NCBI GenBank assembly: GCA_029953675.1
Contig: JAMWBK010000001.1
Coordinates: forward strand, 620,001 to 684,000
Source of the DNA: Rhodosorus marinus CCMP1338
Lineage: Eukaryota > Plantae > Rhodophyta
Reading direction: 5' to 3'
DNA: 64,000 nucleotides
The number at the start of each line of letters is the position of its first letter. Positions within the stretch are counted from its first letter, which is position 1. Below the pieces are notes generated by a model. The model made no database searches, was not told the origin of the DNA, and worked only from the letters and a program-made list of their open reading frames with translations. The translations under genes were made by a program, and so were the position numbers. Below, in pieces: positions 13,011 through 23,099 of this stretch.

Positions 13011-13492
13011 AGTGGCGGTGCCATGGACAACGGTTTTTAACTTGTACTGTTCTGAACACTAGCGGGGTGCGGTCATTTTCGATCGTTTATGTAAGCCGCT
13101 CTTTTCGGTATTGCTAGCTTTTCAAGAGCGCCTCCTGTGAATATATAGCTTGGGAGAAGAGCACGAGGTTCGATAGGGTATTCGGAACAGATTCAGAAGC
13201 TGCTCAATGGAGTCACCGAGGCACCCGTGAGAAGCATGATACCGCGAGGAAAAGTGGCATGCCATGGACAACGGTTTTTAACTTGTACTGTTCTGAACTC
13301 TAGTCGAGCGCGGTCATTTTCGATCGTTTATGCAAGCCGCTCTTTTCGCTATTGCTAGCTTTTCAACAGTACAAGCGCGCCTCCTGTGCTTGGGAGAAGA
13401 GCACTAGGTTCGATAGGGTATTCGGAACAGATTCAGAAGCTGCTCAACGGAGTCACCGAGGCACCCTTGAGAAACAGGATACCGCGAGCAAA
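13011..13492. repeat. Direct tandem duplication of an approximately 240-bp unit (2 copies)
   Basis: Copies at about 13011-13252 and 13253-13492 share long identical blocks (GCCATGGACAACGGTTTTTAACTTGTACTGTTCTGAAC; GGTTCGATAGGGTATTCGGAACAGATTCAGAAGCTGCTCAA) with scattered substitutions and small indels. Confidence 0.95.
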
Positions 13493-14969
13493 AAACTACC
13501 CACGCCTATGAGATGATTTAGAAGATTTTTGGGCGCCTCCCCGAAAACCCCTGGTCAGCAAAAACAAAGCCAGAGCGTGCTGCAACACAATCCAAGATAC
13601 GCGATCCTGGAACCAAGTTTTTTATATGGTTCCCGATTGGTTTCCAAGCAAGATGTTTCGGTGTGGTTCTGTTGGGAAGGCCTATTGGATGGGCATAAGC
13701 AAATCCCCGCGGATATTACGGGCGGACCTTTTTGGCACTTTGCCCACCCAAATCCCCACGGCAGTGCCTCAGCATGCGTATTCTCCCTCGACTGGAGATG
13801 TCCGAACTCTTGGAATATCTCGTGTCATCATCGTCGTTTAGTTAGGGACAACAACCCTGAGAGGAAGAACGCCAGGGCTAAACCAAGACAACGGGGCTCT
13901 AAGACTAAGACCGGGTTAGAACACCATCGAGATCAGCGTTGAGCGCCGATATCGAGACCGCTTGCGAGGAATCAAGAAGCACATTGTTGAGGGTCAGGCC
14001 AGTTAAGTCCAGCAAGGGTCTAGAAAAAAATGTACAGGAGAAAGTTACGTTCATCCGAGATCTGAATGCTCAAGGAATTTTACATTACTGCCAGTGGCAG
14101 CTAGCAGAACATGGCCAGCAGAAGCCATCCAAGCAGCTATAGGTCATTCGCAGATGCGCTCTGACACAAGACAGCAGATTGGCTCAATCACGATGTAGCG
14201 GAGGCAACAACTGTCCACAATTGTGTCTCTTCGACCTCATTTTTATTTACTTTTGAAAATAGATCCTCACCGTTCCTAATACCTGAAAAAAAGTAAAGCG
14301 GAGGCACCACACCCAGTGGGCCAAAAACGACACAATTTATATTGAATGAAATCAATCATCTTAACGGCTCCCGCCCGGGGGGGAGGGGGGGAGGGGGTAA
14401 GAGGCTCTTAAGCGATGCTGTCCCGACTGAGGAATGTCGATTCTGTACGTTGACTCCTAAAACCTAACTCCCGCTACTGAGTGAGTGGCTTTTTCAAGGC
14501 GGGGGGGGAGCAGGTGCCAGAACGGGCAGGAAGAATTCGAAGTGCACCCCACTGAAAACATCCTTCTTAGCCTTTCGCACCATGATGAGAACCTTTTTTA
14601 CTTAAGTCGGCCTATTTCATATTGTTGTAGAAAGTACACTGAAATGACTCGGGATTTTTTGTTTTTTTGGGGGAAAAGACATGGTAGGGAAAACGATGCA
14701 TAGGTTTTTTGAAAAATAAAGATTTTGCGTTTGGGTGGGAGGAGTCCATTTGATTGGGGTTTTGGATGTGACCTTGGAGACCCCACACTAATCCCCATTG
14801 GACCAAGCCGAGCCGAGCAAACTTGTTTCGATTCACAAAGGGGTTAGGACTGAAAACGGAGGAGCTTTATTATTATTTTATATAAGATTTACAACCAAAT
14901 GAGGGGGTAATCAGTAAAACAGTTTTCTTATGGTCGCTCTACACCCCCAAGCATATCGACGGAAACGTT

Positions 14970-15011
14970 AAGGTTTTTAAAAGAATATATATATATATAG
15001 CTCTCCGAACG

Positions 15012-15049
<38 letters not shown>

Positions 15050-15062
15050 TTTAAAAAACCTT
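14970..15062. repeat. Fold-back: inverted arms continuing into two (TA)n microsatellites around a 16-nt spacer
   Basis: AAGGTTTTTAAAAGAA(TA)n-GCTCTCCGAACGGGAC-(AT)nTCTTTAAAAAACCTT; the arms are complementary with one mismatch. Confidence 0.9.
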
Positions 15063-16646
15063 GCTTTGACACTATGGGTACAAATCTCTTCCTGAAGAGC
15101 GCCCTCCCCGACGAAATTCTTGGGGTAATCTATTTATGGATTATGGCGCCCAGAAGGGCAAAAGCAGGGGCGGGCGGACAAGGCCAAAACACACCACACC
15201 GTAAACCGCCACCCCTCGGAGTTTCCTTTCTCAGTTGTCCAAAGCAAATTGTGGTGTTTTTATTCAGTGTTGCTTTTTCTACCTATTGCTGGGTTTTGGT
15301 GTCTTTTCTTTTTCTTTTTTCTGGAAATCCCCCCCAAGTCGCTCTTGACAGAGAACTTGCTGACGGAGTTTGTATGTTTCCCTGACACCTCTCGCTGCGA
15401 CCGTCGATCTTATCCCCGCGCGTATCCCTCTGCGCTCTTGAGCATAGATAGGCCACTGGCTAAAACCGCAGAATGATGGTGATGGCTACAAAAAAAAAAA
15501 AACGAACAATTTGGTGTGTTTTTTCAATCTACCTTTTCTCAATAACATCGCCGAAATCGAAGAGGACCATTTTTGGGGGGGCCTCAAAAAGTCGGATATA
15601 TAACTTGAAAGGATCCCCTAAAACGGAAACACGAAATTTTTTTCTCGTGAACGTTGTCTGTTGTCCCCTAAAAAGGAATAGATGAGAGGTGGAGGGGGGG
15701 GGGGGGTTGTTTCAACCCCAAAAGTACACTGTGTATCTTTCGAAGCCTTGACGGATAACTCAAGCTGTCCATTAAATTACAGTTTCCTCCCTAATTTTTA
15801 TTTCTATATAGTAGATTGAGGGGATACCCGATATTGTTTACCCCTTGGATGATTTTCTAGCAAGCTCTATCCCGACCCCCCCTTCTTTTCGTTTTCTTTT
15901 TCCGTATTTTCTCAAGCTAAAATCTGAAAAATTCATAGATCTGTGCTGAGGGGAAAAAGGGCTTCTTGGTGGAAGGGAACCAAACGAGCGTGGCAGGAGT
16001 GCACGCCCGTTTTTCTTGGTCTTGTTTTTGGACTATGAGCAAGCTCAGCAATTATATAGAACAGCTAGGTTCTATATTCCACACTGATATCATAATATGG
16101 AAATAAAATAATATCGCGACGGAACAAATTTAGAAAACATTCTGGATAGATTTTGAGCTATAACTTTTGGAGGCGGCTTCGGGGTTAGTCGGTCTGTTGA
16201 GGAAGAGACTTACCGAGTGTAGTTTACTTCTGGCAAGGCAGTGTGTTGGGAAGGGTGGACTGCAGGATGTCTGTGTGATTTAGAAAACGGAGGTTGGGAG
16301 GAGAGGAAAGTGAAAGAGGTCTTTTCTTTTTTGGAGGTTTGCCTGTTTGAGGGGGGTGGGTGGGTGGGGGCGGGTGGCCGAGGCGAGTCAGGGGGGGAAC
16401 AGCTTTGTGCTGGTAGCTGAGTTTTAGAAGTGGGAGTAGCGGGCGCTGTGGGGACAGAAGAGGCATTGGTTCGTTCTCTTCTCATTTCTTGTAGGCTAGT
16501 TCCGCCTATTTTTTTGGATTCGGAAATTTTTTTGGGGTTTGGACTTGCCGGACCACGCTGGAAGAGATTTTGTGGCTCCCTGCTTTGTTCTTTGTTTGGG
16601 AAGTGGAAGCGGGGGGAAAATTGGTTGAAAGGAAAATTGAGCCAAA

Positions 16647-17774
16647 ATGGATGGGAATTCGCGTGACCACTTTCTCTCCCAGTTGGAGGCAATGAAATCG
16701 TCGAGCAGAAGTGGTCAGGCTGCGGACTATCTAAGGGGAATTTTCAACGATGCGAAAGGTTCAACGAAAGCAAACGATAATCAGGCGTTTGACGTGTATG
16801 CCCAATTTCAAAGTGTAATTGGAAAGGAGAAGCAGATGAGCGTGAACCAGCTGAGGAACGTGTCCATGGGCAACCCTGCGGGCAAGGAGCGGATGCCTTT
16901 CTTGCAAGCTTCAAACGTTACTGCAATTGAAGAGGGAAAGACTGTACAAGAGCAGCTTGCGCCCGCGAAGCGTCGGGCAAATGCGAAGTGGAACGAGGGT
17001 GGGGTGGATGTAAATAGTAGTCAATCTGGAAGTGTGGAAACTGCCGAGGAATCAAATGATGTGAATATGACTCTTGGATGCGGTACGACAGCTGCTCATT
17101 GAACTAACGAGCTAGCGATGCTACTTCAATTTGTGTGCTATCGAGCCTCTAATCGATATAGTTTGATTATTCTATCTCCCTTAGGATTAACGAGGAAAGA
17201 ATTACTTCATCGAATGTTGCGAGCGGCTGCCCTCACATACTTCGCTGCGTTAAGACAGCAGTTGGGTATTGAACAAAGCAGAAAGCAGTTTGCCATGCTC
17301 AACGCGAATGCGAAAATTGGTGAATCAATTGGAGGACGTATGGAGAATGGGAAAAGCATGAAGAGAACAAGTAGCAAACACACAAGTCCGGAAGTCGTGA
17401 AGCAGGACGATGTCAATGCTCTGAAGCCGCTGAAGGAGGTCGTTAAGAGAAACACGGCTATGAAAGACGCTGTCAAGAGAAATACTACAGCAGGTAAACC
17501 GCCGAGGTCGAGCAAGAAGCCAAGAGCTTCTGCAGGGAACAATTCGAGCCAGAAGGGCGGAGAAAGTGAGCTGTCAAAGGCGAATTTGATTCCCCCAGAT
17601 GATGAACAATTTACGGACTCGTTTGAGGAGGCGTTCAACAAATTATCTGGCCCTCCTGCGCAAGACCCAAGTGCAGCATTCCTGAATCTACCGGGAGGAA
17701 TTCAACAAGTAAACGGGGCCGGCTTCTCCTTCGACCAAATGAACATGCAGTGGGATGGACAGCTACAGAAGTAG
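16647..17774 (+). CDS. Hypothetical protein (2 exons: 16647-17082, 17185-17774)
   Basis: Two long co-oriented ORFs (151 and 218 aa) join in frame through a GTACG...CTTAG intron (17083-17184). G/T-skewed upstream region as seen before verified genes. No family recognised. Confidence 0.7.
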
Positions 17775-18335
17775 CTTGATTTGGGTTTATATTCTACGCA
17801 ATTTGTTCGACCGAAGTTTGTTATTTAACTTGTTTGTGGATCTATGTTAAACCAAGAGAGATTGTTAATAGCGGATGTCTTCTGAGTATCATGCTGCCGT
17901 TTCTGTTCACGGTGAAACGAGTGGTATCTCGGCAGCCTTATGGTACCGTCACGGCCTAGAGCTCGACCGGCTGCTCAGCTGCTCTTCTGCGCTGGTCTGG
18001 ATCGAGAAGGAGAAGTTGTACGTTCTAAGGTTTTGACCGAGTCACCTTTTGGCATATGGGATAGCTGGCAGGAGATCCTCTTCTACGTAATGCTTCCTCA
18101 TGCCAGAGGGGATCAGGAATGCCCGATAGCATGGTTTAGGGAAGTATTGGCCAGTAAAAGAAAAGTAGTGAACAATGTGAGCCCTCTCCTACACTCTGCT
18201 CGAGCGCAAAACAAGTATATCAGACAATTGCATTTTTTTTTTTTTTCATCCAATGTCTCCAAAGGATTCCGTTTAACTCAAGTTACAAGGTTAGTCGTTT
18301 TCATTATGTTCTTGTGAGTACTACAGGCCCTTTCT

Positions 18336-19234
18336 TCAGAGAACAACGGTCTCACAATCCAGGCCTACTTTGTTCGCGGTTTCTCCTAATTTGTCTTTAA
18401 ACTCTGAAAAATCAATGCCACTTATCGGGAAGGTTATTCTGGCTTTCATTGAGAAGTACGGTGCTCCGGAGTAGGGAGCAGATAGGGTCTGAAGGACCAG
18501 GAATGTATTAGAACTGCACGATGTGGGTAAGCGGATAGTAGTTGTTTGGGTCAACTCACTGCTGTATCAAAACTGTTGATTGCTACTCCACTCTTTCCCA
18601 AGAATTGAATTATGGAGTATACAAGACCAATATTATCGGATCCTGTGAGCCTTATTTCCCACTGTTGGCAACTTCCGTCGCTGTCATAAACCGCCATCTT
18701 CCTCTCATCGCCTTCTTCCGACCATCTGGTGATCAAGAAAAGTTTCTGCAGCACAGCGGGAGAGCGCGTGAAGAGATCAGGGCCCAAAAAGCGAGAAGCA
18801 CCGTAAACAGAGTAGAAGAGCCTTTTAATGGCAGCTGAAAGGTACCTTTTCCTTTCCTAGATCTCTCAGGGTGTTCCGAATACTCTCCCATCGGCCCTCT
18901 TGCACGCCTAACAGGATCTGTAGGGTAAAGTCCCCGCTCAGAGCGCTCATCCGACTTTGTTAACACACAGCAACGCGATTACACATCCTTATCAGAAAAA
19001 TACTTTCTCCTTCACTCCCCGCTCACTAACCCTTTCCTTCGAAGCCGGTGATGATTCCTACCTCTTCTCAATGTTACCACCCGCAAGCTGAATCTCAGAA
19101 GTGAGCTTTGTAATAATTTCATAATCATCCGTACCCGCAGCCGTTATTATAAGCCTCTTGTAACTACTCATCGCCCTTCTTCCGAGACACGCAGTCCGCC
19201 ATCCTGCCCGCAGTCCATTGCCAATGGACAGCAT
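18336..19234 (-). CDS. gcvR: GcvR-like tandem ACT-domain protein with N-terminal presequence (4 exons)
   Basis: Spliced product (introns 19061-18955, 18845-18746, 18559-18489): MLSIGNGLRAGWRTACLGRRAMSS-YKRLIITAAGTDDYEIITKLTSEIQLAGGNIEKSRMSALSGDFTLQILL...WEIRLTGSDNIGLVYSIIQFLGKSGVAINSFDTATLSAPYSGAPYFSMKARITFP. This matches the two-ACT pattern of E. coli GcvR (LVITALGADRPGIV...GCNIEDSRLAMLGEEFTFIMLL) as recalled. Confidence 0.85.
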
Positions 19235-20240
19235 CCTCCACACCCTCAAACCCGCCCCCAGAAAACCAGACGTATCAGCGGGGGAATGAAACGATCCAAA
19301 AATTACCACCTGAAAGCATTAATATATTACCATTCTCTTTCCACAAAAAAATAAATAATTTCCGATTTCAAAACCGTTAGAAAACTCCACTCTGCCAATC
19401 TCTTTCCCCAGTAGTTCAAACCCCTTTCCTCATCGCCAACTTTTCATTCCCCCTGGCAAAATCTATCCCTACCGATCAGGATCCAATACCATAACCTGAG
19501 AAACTATACATTTGAGCTCGCACTTCCGAAAATCAATACAGAAATTAACGAAAATGTAAAAAGTCGATTACCAATTGCATTGCAACCAAAAACGAGGATT
19601 TACTTTTTTTGTGCCGCTTCCCAAAGCAAAAAAAGAATTCCGCTCGTCATCAGTATGAAAAATTTACCACCGTTTATTAATTTTGCGTCGTATTGCAACT
19701 TTTTGATTCTAAATTATTGTGTTTTAAGAAAGTAGATCGATTTCTTGTTCTGTTTTGTTTGTAAAATGATCGGAATGCAAATGCTTTCTGATGCCGTTCG
19801 GTATGGTTTAGATGGTTTCAGTGGCTAGGGTCAGTATGAAATTCGGTAGTATTTAGATGAGAACGACGAAGATGGACAGTTGCTTGATTAGGATGGGGGA
19901 GGCCGCTTCGGGTATCTACGTGTGGTTGTAGGTGTCAATGGCTGCGTAGTTAGTTCGCCCACTATAAGGTTTGGGGAAAAAAGAAGAAGGAAGTACTTAT
20001 GCTTAGGTGAGCTATCCTCTGAAGCCCGTGTTCACCCGTGTTCTCTCTTTCGTGGAACGCCTGGTCTGATTTCGGACGAGTGGGATTAGGGTCGAGAACT
20101 TTGAGAATTTTGGTTCTTTCTTTGAAAGTTTATCAGAAAGTCTCCTGCCTTTCAAGGCGCGCCTCGAAGGGAAGGATTTAGGCTTTGGCGAGGCCATCGA
20201 TCCGTTGAAATCACCATTTGCTGAAGGGTCGAGGTGGTCA

Positions 20241-21209
20241 ATGAGTTGGTGCTGCTTTGCGTCCCCTTCCTCGGGAACGCCTCGACATCATCGACGAGAG
20301 TTGACATGTATGAAGCAAGAAAAGGTAATTTGATCAAGGCGCTTGGCTCTATTGATGCTAAATTTTTCGGGCGTACGGGAATATTGAACGTGGCAATCTC
20401 GTGATAGGCACCATGCGTTATTCTGCCCGGGTTCGGAAATAAGTCTGATGATTACGTCGAGTTTGTGAGAACTTTAGAAGGAAGAGGCCATCGATGCTAT
20501 GTAGTTCCAGTAAAAAGATCTGACTGGTGGAAAACTTTCAAAGGACTTCGGACGCGGAACTATTGGACTGGTAAGCTAGAACCAAACATGGTTCTCGATT
20601 GGTACTTCAACAGCGTTCGCAACACCATGCAGGTAATACAGCGGTGCCACAACGAATGAGCTGCTCTATGGAATAGAACAAGTCTGACCTTCTATTTACG
20701 AATTGTAGGAAGCCGAAGAGAACGAATCTGACGGCTTCAACATCATCGGACACAGCGCGGGTGGCTGGCTAGGCAGGATCTACCTCCACGAGCGAATTCC
20801 CGTCCAAAAGAATCAACTGGTTAAGACGTTGATCACCTTGGGCACGCCTCACTTGCCGCCTCCGAAGAACACATTTGACCAAACACGAGGTCTCCTGACG
20901 TACGTGAACACCCGCTGTGACAACAACCACCGGAAGGAGGTTTCGTATATCTGCGTTGGGGGAAAGTCGCTGCAGGGGAAGAAGTGGAGAGAGGGCAAGT
21001 TTGAGGAATGGTTCGCCTATCAGTCCTACGGTCCCGTTTGTGGGGTTGGTGCAACCTGGGGGGACGGGATAACTCCCCTGGAGTCCGCGTTCTTGGAAGA
21101 CGCAGAAAGAATCGTCATCGAGGGAGCATTACACTCCCCAGTTTCTGCGCCTTCTTCTTGGTACGGCTCCGAAGGACTCATTGACAAATGGATTCATCAC
21201 CTTCAATAG
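20241..21209 (+). CDS. Alpha/beta-hydrolase (lipase/esterase, PGAP1-like), probably plastid-targeted (3 exons)
   Basis: Exons 20241-20324, 20408-20632 and 20709-21209 join in frame. PCVILPGFGN (oxyanion region), IIGHSAGGWLGR (GxSxG nucleophile elbow), LITLGTPH, WGDGITPLESA (Asp), GALHSP (His). Confidence 0.85.
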
Positions 21210-21724
21210 CCTACCAGGACGAGCTGAGCAACGGCTAACATTATAAGGAAGGTCTATCATATTCAGCGCGGAAAGCATCCTGTCAGGCTTGATCTTTCTT
21301 GTTTAAATAGTATAAATGATGTACAACAATACCCATCCACGTAGAGTACAAAGCTAAATCATCGACTAGCGCTATAGTGCGGAACTAGCCACTTGATAGA
21401 CGACAAAAGTAGAAACTAAACATTGACCTTACACCCTCTGTGTGTGGCAGAGAGCTTATTTCCTAGTAATCATCATATCGTGTAACGCTCACCAACACAC
21501 CACAGCCTTCGTCTCCAACTTGCGCAGGCAGCGCCTGGTTCAGAGTGTATTTTACAGTCCACGGTCCACGCCGTGAAAGTGCTCCGAATCCTATCCAACG
21601 GGATTTTACCGGAGGACCACTATGTCGCAAGTTCACATCGACACTTGTCCAAAGAGTGCCGTCCTAAATATTTTAAAAAAACACACAAAAACGATTTAGC
21701 AACTGACTTCCTGTTCAACAGTAA

Positions 21725-22618
21725 TTAACGGATACCCACCTTCGTGCAGAAGAAGAAGGGAACACGAGACGGATCGCTGAGAGACATGGTAATGTCTTCA
21801 GCATCCACCTGCCTCCACTTCGCTTTATCTTCCGTTTCCTCGATATTGAGCTCCAGTAAGTCGAAGTGCTGTGGTCTAGTCGGCGGAACACTCGCGCGCT
21901 GCTTCACAGACTTCATAACGACCTCGTCGCCTTCAATTGCCATTGATACTTGAGTCACTTTCTCCGAGGCTGCAGTCCCTAATGTAGCGACGAGATCTCC
22001 CTCGCGAGTGAAGTCCAAACCGTACCAAATAGGAACGACTGCTTTTCTGCCAAACTGCACATCTCGCGTCTCTCCGCCATCCACGGAGAGCACCAGAACT
22101 TCTGCCTTCTCTTCAAACGCAAGAGCTAGGTGCTTTTCGTCCGGAGATATACGCAGAAGCGCAACCCTCCCTCCAGCACATATTCTAGTATTGCCTTCGA
22201 GCTTGTCATCCGCGAAAACTTGCACCAACCCAGAAGATCCACCAGAAACAGCAACGATTCGACCAGAATAGGACACTTCTACGCAGTTGGACGTCTGCAT
22301 ATCCATGTCCATGTCATATGTACTGTGCTCTTTTGACTCAGTGTCAATTCTGTACACTGTAGAGCCCAACATCTGATTTACAATCACCGCGGTGACTCGC
22401 CCATCAGCAGACACAGCGCATGGACCAAACGAAATCACATTCCGGCCAGCAATACGGAGATTCATCTCCAGCTCCTCCTCTCCAGAAGTACCCAAGAACG
22501 CCAACCACGGTTTCAAAGATGCGTGGAAGCCCTTCGAGCACATACTCAGATGCGACGCATCCCGCTTGGGCAGATGCTGTGCAATCCTCACTAACAGTTC
22601 ATCCGGAAAATTCTCCAT
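21725..22618 (-). CDS. F-box protein with C-terminal beta-propeller-like repeats
   Basis: 297-aa single ORF. N-terminal F-box-like motif FPDELLVRIAQHLP...LSMCSKGF, followed by beta-strand repeats (AVSADGRVTA, VEVSYSGRIVA, LRISPDEKHLA, LDFTREGDLVA). Confidence 0.75.
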   Translation of the reverse strand: MENFPDELLVRIAQHLPKRDASHLSMCSKGFHASLKPWLAFLGTSGEEELEMNLRIAGRNVISFGPCAVSADGRVTAVIVNQMLGSTVYRIDTESKEHSTYDMDMDMQTSNCVEVSYSGRIVAVSGGSSGLVQVFADDKLEGNTRICAGGRVALLRISPDEKHLALAFEEKAEVLVLSVDGGETRDVQFGRKAVVPIWYGLDFTREGDLVATLGTAASEKVTQVSMAIEGDEVVMKSVKQRASVPPTRPQHFDLLELNIEETEDKAKWRQVDAEDITMSLSDPSRVPFFFCTKVGIR

Positions 22619-23040
22619 CCCTCTTCCCCTTCACCCGATCAAACTAATTCTGAAAAAACAACAGATCCCCTTCCCCCCCTCCCCCAAAACCCACCTCCCC
22701 CTCACCTTCAACTCCCTCAGATACCCCCAATACCACACTTTTCTACGTTTACGAAAATGCCACTATGTCCCCACTATCAGCTTCTTACCCTCTCCACCGT
22801 TCTCGCCCACCCGACTCGCAATAACCGCAAGCTTCCTCTATATACTCACCAAATCCCGCCAAATCCCTCACCCCCCAGGGGTTTGTCTATGTTTCCTAAA
22901 ACACTCTCAAAAACCTCTAAAGAAAAAACAAACGGCTAAGCCAGGGGAAGGGGTACTTCGTTCTTTGCATTTGACGGGTAAGAGTCAGGACTCAAAAAAA
23001 TCCTTCTCAAATAACTAAATTAATCTTGAACCTTCGGCGC

Positions 23041-23099
23041 AATTATTCATTTCAAGTGAATAATTACTTGGCCAAATTTCGTTTGGCCAGGTAATTATT
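23041..23099. repeat. Two overlapping inverted repeats (9-bp and 18-bp stems)
   Basis: AATTATTCA...TGAATAATT overlaps AATAATTACTTGGCCAAA/TTTCG/TTTGGCCAGGTAATTATT (one G-T mismatch). Confidence 0.8.

Noticed and set aside
14043-14198. AEAIQAAIGHS resembling tyrosine-recombinase box II
   Set aside because: No HxLR motif or catalytic Tyr, and no upstream ORF.
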